Source of the DNA: Alphaproteobacteria bacterium
Lineage (GTDB): Bacteria; Pseudomonadota; Alphaproteobacteria; UBA828
Assembly (NCBI GenBank): GCA_965262755.1
Contig: OZ253557.1
Location: 718,619-782,618, forward strand
Direction: 5' to 3'
DNA length: 64,000 bases
Made by a program: the position numbers and the translations under genes. The notes under the pieces were generated by a model, which ran no database searches, was not told the origin of the DNA, and saw nothing but the letters and a program-made list of their open reading frames with translations. Of this stretch, positions 28,488-39,719 are shown in pieces. The number at the start of each line of letters is the position of its first letter. The stretch's first letter is position 1.

Positions 28488-31400
28488 TCAAGCCCGAGCG
28501 CGTCTACGACGCAGAGACATGTACCTTGAGGGCCCCTTTGATGGGACTGATGCCTTGGGGAAACGTTTTCTCAGCCGCCGTCCCATTTCCCCTATGTCGC
28601 CACGGATCCGCAGAGCGGAGTCGACCACCAAAGCAGCCGCCCGGCGGTGCCCGCGACCCTGAGATAGACATATTGCCAGGCTCTCCTCAGCGACCTTGAC
28701 ATCGAGCGCCAAGAGAACGTCCTCCCAATCTTTGGGAGCCATTTCAATGAGAACGCGGATCAGCAGTTCAGCTTCACCAGTATAGTCCCTGTGATAGCTT
28801 GCTATACCGCTGGCAATGACGTCAACGAAGGGCTTCACAGCCGAGGGCACTAGTTCCGGTCGGTCCTCCCCGATCAGCGCAAGCGCCAGGGCTCCGCTCT
28901 CCCATTCGACGTGCCTAAACTTCGCAAGTCGAAGATTCTTGCCCGCCTCTAAGTGCTTAGTCCCCGCCCGGGGTGCCAATAGAACCAGTCGTGGCGGCAT
29001 CTCTAGGATGCGATCCGCCCGCAAAGCAATAAAATCTGAGACCGAAGAACGGCTAGTGTCACTCAAAGACAACGAGCACAGAAGTGCTTCCGTCTCGTGA
29101 GAGGGGTTCGACAAGTCCCTGGTAATTGTGTGACCCAGTTTAAGCCAATCGAGTCGAGCCACAACACTGTCGTATTTCTTGGGCAGGCATCGAAACAAGA
29201 AATACAAAAACCCTGCGGAAGTCTGGAAATCCCTAATGCGGAGGTCGGAAAGTCTACCCGCCACAATTTCCGGATCAAGAACCCTGCAAATACGCCGCGC
29301 TATTGACCATCGCCGCCTGTCAGGCTTCAGCTTGCCTACATATCCGCCCAAGGGGTCGAACACGCGAAGTACCGTCATGAGAAATTCGTGACTGAGTTCG
29401 CCAAATCCCCATATGGCGTCACGAGCAAGAGCTGCCTGAGCAAACGGGCAGAACCGATCAGCCATCTCAAGTGCTAAATCTTCGTCCCAGTACATCACTG
29501 AGGAGCAAAAACGACCGAAGACGTATCCCTCTTCTAGCAACCGCTCGTCGCTTGAAAATTCAAGCAACCGGGCACTGTCGACGTCCGTCTTCATCTTTTC
29601 TTTCAAGAATCCGCTGTCCAGCGAACACAGGGTCCGCATGAGGTCGGCAAGCCCATAGGCGGATTCAACACTCACGTTCGAATAGGCGCATGCGATTGGA
29701 GTAGGATCGACTCCACCAACTATAGCTTCCGCGGTGGGCTTCACCTCGTGGCTCAGATCATTTAGGAGATGTGCAAACCCATAAGCGCCGTCGTCGGGAT
29801 TGGAAATCCAACGCGAGAGGGTTTCGGCGTAAGGATCGATGACGACACATAAGCCATCCTCGGCAAATTTCCACAGTTCAGATAAGACAAGCGCTGCAAA
29901 GCCGCGGTCTTTGCCCTGCGCCTGCCAGCATCTTGTCGCCACAGTTTCAATTGCTGAGCGTTCCGGTAATCGCGACCAGCGGAACTCGTCGATGCCGAAC
30001 CGAAGCTCATGAAGTAAAGTTCGGAGACCGACCAGTGGATATTGGGGATCGATCAAGACCGCATCGATCATACGCCCGATTTGCTGCTGTCCTACGGTAT
30101 CTTGGCCCGCGAGGACTTGGTTGAGCACGACGGCTGCAAACCGCTGGTGAGGAGTTCGACAGTCTCCGAAACCAAGGATCAATCGCTCGCGTTCCAGCCA
30201 TCTGAGATGTCGTTCGACTGCGTCGCTCGAAACGCTTGCCATTTCGGTAATCGGGGCAATATTTTCCAGCCTAGCGATTGCGTCCCGGGAGGCTAGTTGC
30301 CGCATCGCAACTGCCGCCAGTACGAAGTCGGCGCCAGTACTGTGGGCGGCCTCAGACGCCTGCCTTGATCTGCGCCACCCCCCGCCAAGAATGAAACAGA
30401 ATTGCCACGGACGATCAGCAGTCGTCTCCGCGCGGTCTATTCGCAAATTTAGGTCTTCATCCATCATGCGATCGCCCACCCTATCATCCGCAATACGCAC
30501 CGAGGCCAGCGTGCGCGGCAAATCAGCCCGAAGCCCGGACGCAATTGTGTGAACAGCACGCTTTGCGTTTAAAGTCACCGGTCCGCGGTCAGCATCCGCC
30601 CGCTCGATCGCATTATGGATAGACAAAACCGCTACATTAGGCCCGGCATTCTCTTCCAAACGACTGAGCTTTACCGGAGCCATCAGATGTGCATTGTCAA
30701 TGAGCAGAAAGCGCTTGGTTGGCTCTGGTGGCGGAGGGTCGGTGTTCTCAGATTGGGGATCGCTCAAGCGGAAGACTTCGTATCCCGCGGAAGCGTAATC
30801 TCGCGCCACTTGGTACGCGCAAATTGACTTGCCGGCACCGGGCTCTCCCCTCAGGCGCGCCGAGAATGCAATTCTCAATTGCGACACGAGGGTGTCGGCT
30901 TCGACTAATCGTGGGCAGGCAGTCGCATCTGAAGGTCCCAATGGGCGACCCAAGAGGGCAGGCCCGAGCCCACGATCCTCTTCGAAGGTAATCTTCTCCC
31001 ATTTTGCCTCGGAGGGGCGATTGGTTGCTGCCAGTCGTGATTGCCCATAAGGACCGCCCATAAAGCGCGTGAGTTGGGCATTAATCGAAGGGAGCTGTTT
31101 CAGCGCTTCGACTGCCTCTGGAATGTGGTCAGCATGCTCCGGATAAAACTCTCCGATGACTTCCGGATGTTCAGCCATGAGCACCTGTATCTCTTCCCAG
31201 CCTAGGACGTCGACGACAGAAAGATTTTGTTTTTTTCTCTGGGCGGACTGTATTCGTGCGGCCTCTTGCAAACGCCCGTCGACAGGTGCGGTTGTGGCAA
31301 AGGTCCAATGCTCAAGGGCGGGGATGAATTTATCCGCCTTGGCGATTTCAGCCATTAGCTCGTCGGCCGTGGCAGCACGACCGTAGTTGGCATCCTTGCC

Positions 31401-31598
31401 TTTGCACTGAACTGCACGGTATGTGCTTCGGTCGCCGTTGGGAGATCCGAAGACATCGACACCGCATTGCGACTGACCCCTCCTGCCGTTCTTTTGGGCA
31501 AGCGGATCTTTCCAGACCCTTTTGAACAAGGCATGGCAAAGGTCCTCCAAGGTTGCCCAGTCTCTCGGGGGTGCGATCTGCTTGGCACGAAATTGCAT
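28488..31598 (-). CDS. restriction-endonuclease-like (Mrr-type PD-(D/E)xK) domain fused to a P-loop NTPase and long helical C-terminus; putative STAND defence protein
   Basis: DWATLEDLC, NGRRGQSQCGVDVFG, VQCK; Walker A GEPGAGKS; Walker B LLIDNAH. Confidence 0.85.
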   Translation of the reverse strand: MQFRAKQIAPPRDWATLEDLCHALFKRVWKDPLAQKNGRRGQSQCGVDVFGSPNGDRSTYRAVQCKGKDANYGRAATADELMAEIAKADKFIPALEHWTFATTAPVDGRLQEAARIQSAQRKKQNLSVVDVLGWEEIQVLMAEHPEVIGEFYPEHADHIPEAVEALKQLPSINAQLTRFMGGPYGQSRLAATNRPSEAKWEKITFEEDRGLGPALLGRPLGPSDATACPRLVEADTLVSQLRIAFSARLRGEPGAGKSICAYQVARDYASAGYEVFRLSDPQSENTDPPPPEPTKRFLLIDNAHLMAPVKLSRLEENAGPNVAVLSIHNAIERADADRGPVTLNAKRAVHTIASGLRADLPRTLASVRIADDRVGDRMMDEDLNLRIDRAETTADRPWQFCFILGGGWRRSRQASEAAHSTGADFVLAAVAMRQLASRDAIARLENIAPITEMASVSSDAVERHLRWLERERLILGFGDCRTPHQRFAAVVLNQVLAGQDTVGQQQIGRMIDAVLIDPQYPLVGLRTLLHELRFGIDEFRWSRLPERSAIETVATRCWQAQGKDRGFAALVLSELWKFAEDGLCVVIDPYAETLSRWISNPDDGAYGFAHLLNDLSHEVKPTAEAIVGGVDPTPIACAYSNVSVESAYGLADLMRTLCSLDSGFLKEKMKTDVDSARLLEFSSDERLLEEGYVFGRFCSSVMYWDEDLALEMADRFCPFAQAALARDAIWGFGELSHEFLMTVLRVFDPLGGYVGKLKPDRRRWSIARRICRVLDPEIVAGRLSDLRIRDFQTSAGFLYFLFRCLPKKYDSVVARLDWLKLGHTITRDLSNPSHETEALLCSLSLSDTSRSSVSDFIALRADRILEMPPRLVLLAPRAGTKHLEAGKNLRLAKFRHVEWESGALALALIGEDRPELVPSAVKPFVDVIASGIASYHRDYTGEAELLIRVLIEMAPKDWEDVLLALDVKVAEESLAICLSQGRGHRRAAALVVDSALRIRGDIGEMGRRLRKRFPKASVPSKGPSRYMSLRRRRARA

Positions 31599-31687
31599 CT
31601 AGTCTGTCTTGTATGATCTTGCAAACGAGGCACTTGCGGAATGCATTGTTTGACAATACTTCTGCGTTCTAGCCATTACGCTCTTAG

Positions 31688-31863
31688 CCCGCTTCGCCGT
31701 ATCCACGCCGACGATGGTCCTGCTAGTCTTCATCTCGGACCCTCCGGTTTGCCTGGGAAGACACGATCTTTCCCCTTGGTATTTTGATGCCGTCGGCCCG
31801 CGAGGGTCCACCTCTCAGCCCTCTCGTATTCCGACATCAAGGGAAGGAGGCGCCCATTCCATT
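31688..31863 (-). mobile_element. IS110/IS1111-family remnants (5' end, first codons and an end-like sequence)
   Basis: MKTSRTIVGVDTAKR; GACGGCATC motif also present at the 51416 IS110 fragment; GGAGGCGCCCATTCCAT. Confidence 0.55.
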
Positions 31864-31953
31864 TGTCGCGCCGCAGGCGACGCCGCGTCGTCGAAGAGAT
31901 CTCCTGCCCGTATCGTCAGTTCCTCGATCCAATCAGCGATTTTCCGAGCTGGT

Positions 31954-32868
31954 TCACCGGAAGAGCCTCACGAGCGCGTCACGCTGGATCTGGTGCTTCC
32001 GGGGATCCGCTTGCTTGAGCCTCTCCAGGTTCACCAGCTTCCAGCGAACGGCTGGCAGGTCAGCGGCTTCGGGCACGCCGATCAGGTGGAAATCCGGCTC
32101 GGCATCGTGCAGGGAAAGCAGGAAGGCAGCGACGTCGCCAGTCAACCGCGAACCGATGTCGGCATGCAGGCGGCGACGCGTTTCGATCAGGGCATCCCAG
32201 GATACGGGCTGGCGAGTCATCCCTACGAATTCTTCGCCATAGAGCTCCTCCCTAAAAGGCGCCGCCGGCGCCAGCAACTCGTGCATCGGGCGACCGGAGC
32301 TTGCCACATAGACCATGAACGTTCGGAAGAGGTCTGCTGTCAGGCCTTCGTTCTCATACAGGAGCTTCACATCGTAGAGGTCGCGCGGATGCTGGCGATC
32401 GAGTGCCGCAGCAAGTTTCCCGCCGTACAGATCCTCGAACGCCAGTACGGTCGTCTCGACGAATCCGAAGAGCTCCGTCACTGCCTCCGACGCGATCATC
32501 GTCCTCGCCGGACAGACCGCCCCTCGCGCCACCGGGGAGGTCTCGATCTTTATCTGCGTCCGGCCGTCACTCACCATGATGCGCGTATCGGCATCGCCGC
32601 CACCTGCGGCACGGCGCGCCTCGACCCCCGGGTTGCGGCGGGCGATGGCCGTGACTATGCGGCCGAGGGCATCGTCGATTTCCTTGAGCGACGATTGGCG
32701 GTCCGCGACTGGCAGGTAGGTCAGGTCGATATCGACGGACAGCCTCGGCATGTCCCTGTAGAACAGGTTGATGGCGGTACCGCCCTTGAGCGCGAACACG
32801 GTCTCGTTGGCGATATCCTGCAGCGTGCTCAAGAGCAGGCGAACCTGCGCCACGTATCGGTCAAGCAT
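31954..32868 (-). CDS. abiEii: AbiEii/AbiGii nucleotidyltransferase toxin
   Basis: FALKGGTAINLF..RLSVDIDL, KIE, YGGKLAAALDRQHPRDLYD. Confidence 0.93.
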   Translation of the reverse strand: MLDRYVAQVRLLLSTLQDIANETVFALKGGTAINLFYRDMPRLSVDIDLTYLPVADRQSSLKEIDDALGRIVTAIARRNPGVEARRAAGGGDADTRIMVSDGRTQIKIETSPVARGAVCPARTMIASEAVTELFGFVETTVLAFEDLYGGKLAAALDRQHPRDLYDVKLLYENEGLTADLFRTFMVYVASSGRPMHELLAPAAPFREELYGEEFVGMTRQPVSWDALIETRRRLHADIGSRLTGDVAAFLLSLHDAEPDFHLIGVPEAADLPAVRWKLVNLERLKQADPRKHQIQRDALVRLFR

Positions 32869-33709
32869 CGCCGTCCGCCTGTTGCGGTGTCCCGGGCAGG
32901 AATGCTTCGGGCACATAGATGCGGTAGGTCGGGTGAAGTCTGCCGCCCTCCACCAGGGCCCGCGGTCCGGACCCGAAGTCGATCCCTGAGATGTCCAGGT
33001 GCTTGCGCCATGCGTGCCGGTGCTTGTCGGCAAACACAAAGAACAGCCTTCGCACCTTCACGCTGCGGCACGCCGTCAGGAGTGCCGTGAGCTGTCTGGG
33101 TCGGAGCGACACCAGCCCCTCGAAGACTTTGTCGAGGTTCTCGAATGTCGTATTTCGCGGCAACTCGTCGAGGGCCTCGAGGATGGCGCGTTCTGGTGAC
33201 GATGTCTTGAGGGGCCAGCGCCACACGTCCACCATCGGTCGGGTTCCCGCAGCCTCGGGATTGGCATCGTCGATCCCGAGGGGGTCATTGCCGAAGAGCG
33301 TGCGCCGGCGCACGACGATCTCGGTCTGCATGGGCAGCCGCTTGAGCCAGGACGGCACCTCGCCATAGAACTGAACGCGCGATCTTCCTCCGAGGCTCAG
33401 GTAATGGGCGTAGCCCGCCATGTCGAGGGCGCTCTCTCCGCCGAGATGCACGGCGTATTTCATGAGCCATTGCAGGGAGAGAAGCGGGATCGCCCAGGAC
33501 TCCTCGTGGTTGCCCTGCGCGCCTTCGTGTAGCGGACGGCGGTACACGCCGCGGACGACACGTTCGAGCCACCCGCGGGCGACATAGTCGTGGATGGACT
33601 TCGGGTCGATCCCCTGGGCCCTCAGCCATGGTGTGTCCACCATGAAGCCGGGAGGGACGGTATCCAGGAGCGGTTTCAGGCGCGGTGTTCTTTGACGGCT
33701 CATAACCAT
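32861..33709 (-). CDS. abiEi: type IV TA antitoxin AbiEi
   Basis: N-terminal wHTH (GWLERVVRGVY), SSPERAILE, SVKVRRLF; overlaps the toxin start. Confidence 0.92.
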   Translation of the reverse strand: MVMSRQRTPRLKPLLDTVPPGFMVDTPWLRAQGIDPKSIHDYVARGWLERVVRGVYRRPLHEGAQGNHEESWAIPLLSLQWLMKYAVHLGGESALDMAGYAHYLSLGGRSRVQFYGEVPSWLKRLPMQTEIVVRRRTLFGNDPLGIDDANPEAAGTRPMVDVWRWPLKTSSPERAILEALDELPRNTTFENLDKVFEGLVSLRPRQLTALLTACRSVKVRRLFFVFADKHRHAWRKHLDISGIDFGSGPRALVEGGRLHPTYRIYVPEAFLPGTPQQADGDA

Positions 33710-33936
33710 CAAAGTACTCCATATTCAAAATTCCCGCAACATGTTGTTTTATGGAAGACACATATACATGATGTTAAACCATATAATAATGCGTATGTCA
33801 AAATATCAGTGTGCGGCAAGCGTTCAGCTTCGCGGCGGAGAAGTCCGTGTGCCTTGATGTGGCGAAGGGTCCCGCCCCCCGCTCGCAAGCAACGGGCCGG
33901 TGGCGGCTGTCACGCAATGACAAAGCTCGTGGCGGT

Positions 33937-34509
33937 TCATTGTGACCAGCTGCGAGCTCTTCGTGCCTGGGTGGCGACACCGGTCATTCGGAGCCGCCAG
34001 TTCAGCATGTCTAAGCTGACCCCGAAGCTGTTCGCCAGGATTGTCGGGTCACGGGCTGATCGATAGGCAATCGCGAGGCCAGCGCGTGGCACGAGGAGTG
34101 TTCCCGAAAGCCAGTCAGCTTCATCTTCCTGCTCCCGTTCAAATGAGTTGAGCAGCAAGTGCCCTGCCGGAGAGAGATCGATGCGGCCAGGTTCATGGTC
34201 GAGAATGAGGTGGGCAAGCTCATGGGTGAGGCTGCTGCGCTGCCTGGTTGGTGCGTGGGCCGAGTTGACGATGGTTAGGTTGTTGTTGCCGTGTCGGATG
34301 GTCACGGCGGACCAGCTGCCCGAATCATGATTGGTGAGCCGCCGCAGGCTCCCCTTGGATAACTCCGGCACGTCTTCTGGTCGCCAAACGATAACTCCGA
34401 GATGCGCCGCGAGCGCTTTCGGATCTAGTGAGTCTACCGGTTTGAGCCCCAAAGCGGACCGATATTTCTCGGCGGTGGTCTCGCACCACGTCTTGAAGCC
34501 ACGACGCAT
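33937..34509 (-). CDS. ImmA/IrrE-family metallopeptidase (CapP-like)
   Basis: RQRSSLTHELAHLIL, EDEADWLSGTLLVP. Confidence 0.9.
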   Translation of the reverse strand: MRRGFKTWCETTAEKYRSALGLKPVDSLDPKALAAHLGVIVWRPEDVPELSKGSLRRLTNHDSGSWSAVTIRHGNNNLTIVNSAHAPTRQRSSLTHELAHLILDHEPGRIDLSPAGHLLLNSFEREQEDEADWLSGTLLVPRAGLAIAYRSARDPTILANSFGVSLDMLNWRLRMTGVATQARRARSWSQ

Positions 34510-34513
34510 GGAA

Positions 34514-34852
34514 TCACAGTTCGTCCCGCGCAATGAGTGCGCGTTGGGCAGCCAGGATCATTTCCGCCAGCGCAGAAGCAGTCTCAAGCTGCATCGTTTG
34601 CTTTTTTCGGAAATGAACTGCAGCGACAGGTCGGCTGGCGTTGTCGGCGTCGAAGCCGAGTACGGCCGAGGGGTCGACCTTGAGCCACCGGCATATCTTC
34701 TGAAAGTTCTCAAGGTCGGGTAGGTGGCCGTTCTCGACCCGCGAAAGGGTAGCGGGGGAAATTCCGATCTTCGCCGCGGTCGCCCGAACTCCATGGCGTC
34801 CCCGCTTGTCCGCAACCAATGGGCCCAAGGTATCGAGGGAGGGGTGGGTCAT
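34514..34852 (-). CDS. XRE-family HTH regulator (CapH-like)
   Basis: GVRATAAKIGISPATLSRVENG..PDLENFQKICRWL, C-terminal VHFR; GGAG RBS. Confidence 0.9.
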   Translation of the reverse strand: MTHPSLDTLGPLVADKRGRHGVRATAAKIGISPATLSRVENGHLPDLENFQKICRWLKVDPSAVLGFDADNASRPVAAVHFRKKQTMQLETASALAEMILAAQRALIARDEL

Positions 34853-34873
34853 GGCGATCTCCGTGTTGCAGTA

Positions 34874-34932
34874 GTGAAACACAAACCGTTTGACGCTTGG
34901 GACAGTGTTTGATACGGTCGCGTTTGTTTCAC
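34874..34932 (+). promoter_or_regulatory. sigma70-like promoter divergent from the XRE gene, bracketed by an inverted repeat
   Basis: TTGACG (34890-34895), 17-bp spacer, TACGGT (34913-34918); GTGAAACA (34874) / TGTTTCAC (34925). Confidence 0.55.
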
Positions 34933-35241
34933 GGATGAGACAGTTTTGGCAGAACAGCCGCAACGGGTCAAGCTGTCAACGCCGGTTGAAGATTCGGCCA
35001 AAGGGCGGCGCAAAAGACTGCCACCTGGGTTGGTGGTCTGACCTTGGCGTGAGACTGTGAGTCGGAGACGCGGTGCGAGGGTTTTTCGGCGGGAGCGGGC
35101 AGCGGAGCCATGCAGAGCTCAAGCGGTCCGCGCCCGCCGGCCGCCCGCAGGGCGGCATGGTTTATCGGATTGGGGTCAGTCTCGCCACCCGGGCCTTAGG
35201 GGCGCGTTGCCGGCCGGGGCCGAGCGACGGCGTGCCGCAGT

Positions 35242-36006
35242 TCAGCTATCGGCACTGTTTCTGCGGGCGCGGCTTTGGCTGAGGCGGTAGCTGTCGCCGT
35301 TCATCTCGAGGATATTGACGTGATGGGTGAGACGGTCGAGCAGTGCCCCGGTCAGGCGCTCGGAGCCGAAGGTCTCGGTCCATTCGTCGAAAGGGAGGTT
35401 GGAGGTGATGAGCGTGGCGCCCCGCTCGTAGCGCTGCGAGATCAGCTCGAACAGAAGCTCGGCGCCGGTCTTGCTCAGCGGCACGAAGCCCAACTCGTCG
35501 ATGATCAGCAGTTTGCAGGCGACCATCTGCTTCTGGAGCCGCAGGAGGCGGCGCTCGTCGCGGGCTTCCATCAACTCGTGCACGAGCGCGGCGGCCGTGG
35601 TGAAGCCCGTAGAGAGGCCCCTTTGGCAGGCGGCCAGCCCGAGCCCCAGGGCGACATGGGTCTTGCCGGTGCCGGAAGGGCCGAGGGCGATGACGTTCTC
35701 GCGCCGCTCGATCCACTCGCAGCGCGCCAACTCCAGCACCTGCGCCTTGTTCAGCGCGGGGATGGCCTTGAAGTCGAAGCTGTCGAGGCTCTTGGCGACC
35801 GGGAACTTCGCCGCCTTGATGCGCCGCTCGACCATGCGCCGTTCGCGATCGATCAGTTCCAGCTCCACCAGCCGGGCCAGGAACTGAACATGATCCAGGC
35901 CCTCGGCCGCGCATTGGCGCGCCACTTTCTCGTATTCCCGCAGGAAGGTCGGCAGCTTCAGGGCCTTGAGGTGGTGTGCCAGCAGGATGTGGGGCCTGTC
36001 CGTCAT
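35242..36006 (-). CDS. istB: IS21 helper ATPase IstB
   Basis: GPSGTGKT, LLIIDELG, ITSNLPF, LDRLTHH. Confidence 0.95.
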   Translation of the reverse strand: MTDRPHILLAHHLKALKLPTFLREYEKVARQCAAEGLDHVQFLARLVELELIDRERRMVERRIKAAKFPVAKSLDSFDFKAIPALNKAQVLELARCEWIERRENVIALGPSGTGKTHVALGLGLAACQRGLSTGFTTAAALVHELMEARDERRLLRLQKQMVACKLLIIDELGFVPLSKTGAELLFELISQRYERGATLITSNLPFDEWTETFGSERLTGALLDRLTHHVNILEMNGDSYRLSQSRARRNSADS

Positions 36007-37664
36007 GCCGCGTCCTCCGACAGCAGGCACATGTAGCTGGCGGCCGAGGTCCTGCCGACGGTGGCCTTCGGCAGATACGGGTAGACGTCGAGGTCGAGCT
36101 TCGGCGGGCGCTTCTCGACCCGGCACAGCACCAGATGCTTGACCGCGTCGAAGCCGATGGCGCCCAGGCGCAGGGCGTCCTTCACGGCGCCGTCGAGATC
36201 CTCCAGCCCGAAGCTCTCCAGCAGCCGCAGGACCTGCACATACTCCCGCCGCCCCGCCTTGGGCGAGCGCGCCTCCATCAGGCGGCGCAGGGTCTGGAAC
36301 GCGGGCGGCAGCTCCCATCCGGCAAGCGGCGCCGCCTGATCCAGCGCGCCGATCTTCTGCTCGATCAGGGGCAGATAGTGGATCGGCTCGAAGATCGTGT
36401 CCTCTCGCTCATAGGACCGGGGATGGCGGGCGATGACCTCCCCGCCGCAACCGATCACCACCCGCTCGACGTAACCGCGCACCCAGACGTCGCGATGGCC
36501 ATAGGCCACCGGCACCGAGTAGTCGTTGGTCTCGTAACGGACCAGAGACTGCGAGCTGACCTGCCCGGGAGCCTGGGCGCAGGCCTCGAAGGGCGCCGCC
36601 GGCGGCGCGGCCATGGCCTCCAGATCCCGCGTCAGGCGCTCTCCGATGGTCTCACGGTGCCCGCGCAGGATATCGCCCTGGCGGCTGCGGCACTGCTCCT
36701 CAAGCCGCCGATTGAACGCTTCCCAGCTGGCAAAGCGCGGCAGCGGCACCATGAAGTTGCGCCGGGAAAATCCAACCAGACCCTCCACCGCGCCCTTGTC
36801 GTTCCCCTTGCCCGGGCGCCCGTAACGATCGCGCACGAGGTAATGCGACAGGAAGCCGCCGAAGAGCCGCGCCCGCCTGCGCGTCCCGTCCGCCAGAATG
36901 CGCGACACCAGACAGCGGTCGTTGTCGTAGAGAACCGATTGCGGAACCCCGCCGAAGAAGGCGAAGGCATGCACATGCCCGTCGATCCACGCCTCGGCCG
37001 TCGCCGCAGGGTAGGCCCGCACATAGCAGGCGTCGCTGTGCGGCAGATCGAAGACGAAGAAGTGCGCCTTGCGCGCCACACCCCCGATCACCGCACGCGC
37101 CTCGCCGAAGTCCGCCTGCCCATGGCCGGGTGGATGGGTCAGCGGCACGAACATCTCCCGACGCCGGCGGTGGTGCTCGCGCACATAGTCCTTCACGATC
37201 CAGACCGTGTGAAAACGTCATTGAATTCAGATTTTCGAGTGAGTCTGCTTGATTTCTGAAAAGTGCAGCCTGCTAAGTCATTGATTTCATTAACACTGAC
37301 AATTCAACCAATGGGCTGAAATCACATTTCGAGCGATTCTCCGACGTTTTGACACAGTCTGGATCGTGTAGCCGCCGCTGAACCCGTGCTCGGCGCGAAG
37401 CCGGTCGAAAATGCGCTTCGCCGTGTGGCGCTGCTTGCGCAGCTGCTTCAGATCCTCCTTCAGCCACTGGTCGATGATCTCGGTGAACCCGTCCAGCTTC
37501 GGGCGCCGAACCGGTACCGTCCGCCGATAGCCCGGAGGCACCGAAAAGCACAACATCTTCTTCACGCTCTCGCGTGAAATCCCGAAATGACGCGCCGCCG
37601 CCCGCTCGCTCATCCCGTCCCGGCAGGCGAGACGGACCTTCCGATAAAGTTCCACGGTGTGCAT
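36003..37664 (-). pseudogene. istA: IS21 transposase IstA, interrupted by a 161-bp MITE
   Basis: Removing 37201-37365 restores GGYTIVKDYVRE; QADFGE, LYDND, KGAVE. Confidence 0.93.
37201..37361. mobile_element. 161-bp AT-rich MITE with IS1182-like ends
   Basis: 17/19 IR CAGACCGTGTGAAAACGTC / GACGTTTTGACACAGTCTG; GATC target duplication at 37197-37200 and 37362-37365. Confidence 0.9.
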
Positions 37665-38148
37665 GCCCCCGCCCTCCCCGTCGCCGGGAAGGGCTCAAGT
37701 GGCAGAGTTTTGCTCCGCCCGCAGCGAGACAATCCCGCCGCTACCGTGGACTAATTTCGCACCGCCGTTCCCAGCGTCAGGTCGGTGCCAAAATCCTCGT
37801 CAAGAACCGCCATGCGCTCGACGATAACGCATGGCAAAAGGCGTTACCAGCCCCCTTGTGGGGCCTCAATCCGATGGGGATGATGATTCCGACGTCGCCG
37901 ATTCCACGGCCTGACGGAACGTTTACAGTTGGGTGGGCGGCACAGCGAAGCCGGGGAGGAGTCGGTTCTGAGCGGCAATCGCTGGCGATGATCCAGCGGT
38001 CCATGGTGTCCACAATCCGCCGATGGACACTTGCGCAGCCGCAGGTGTAGAGCGACTGGGGCGAGCGTGCCATGGATACCCCGATCCGGGCCAAGGAGCG
38101 ATACTCAAGGTGCGGAGACCGATCATGCACTTTGCGCGTATCCGATGA

Positions 38149-39096
<948 letters not shown>

Positions 39097-39100
39097 GTGG

Positions 39101-39571
39101 ATGACCGCTAGTCGGAGAACTGCACCGATGTCCCATCGAATTTTCTACAACGTCGACTTGGCCGCATGGGTCTACGGAACAATCGAGAAGTGTCTGCAAG
39201 GCGAAGCGTGGCGGCCGGCCTGGATCGAGACATATCGAGCGATCGGGGGCGTATCCGAGTCCAGCGGCAAGAAGCCTTGTCCGATGATTGCGGCAAGAAC
39301 CCTCTACGAATACGGGCGACTCAAGAACAGCGGATTGGCCTTCAAGGAATGCGAGATGCCCGAACTGTGGAATCATTCGCGGAACGGTACGTATGCGATC
39401 CTCGCGACCAGATTGCTACGCGCGGATTCGGGCTTGAACAAGAACACCCTGTGGCGGGAGATTCAACGAGCCGTGAGGCGCGAGGTAGGCGAAGAGCCGG
39501 CTGTTTCGAATCAGGGCGGCCCGACGTTGACATTTCAACTGTGGCACCTCGGACTCATCAAAAAACGCTGA
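39101..39571 (+). CDS. hypothetical protein, DUF6979-like
   Basis: SSGKKPCP...NGTYA...LW...LWHLGLI pattern; 4 bp after the exonuclease stop (alternative start 39128). Confidence 0.6.
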   Translation: MTASRRTAPMSHRIFYNVDLAAWVYGTIEKCLQGEAWRPAWIETYRAIGGVSESSGKKPCPMIAARTLYEYGRLKNSGLAFKECEMPELWNHSRNGTYAILATRLLRADSGLNKNTLWREIQRAVRREVGEEPAVSNQGGPTLTFQLWHLGLIKKR

Positions 39572-39719
39572 GAACTCGAGACCTTCGTGCAAACATTGCG
39601 GGGCGAGGGATCTCACAGCGCGATGAGGCGGGTTCTCCTTCTACTGGCGGCGTGATTCGTGCGGATAGAAGCCGACGATTAGTCGGATGTTCCCATGTCG
39701 TGACGGAGATGAAGCTGGG

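Larger units (their letters stand above)
34974..37773 (-). mobile_element. IS21-family insertion sequence (istA interrupted)
   Basis: TG...CA ends (TGTCAACGCCGG / CCGCCGTTCCCA) with internal end repeats, enclosing istA-istB. Confidence 0.9.

Noticed and set aside
34974-37773. This IS21 as the mobiliser of the 92-bp MITEs
   Set aside because: Its ends differ from the MITE ends beyond TG/CA, and its istA is interrupted.
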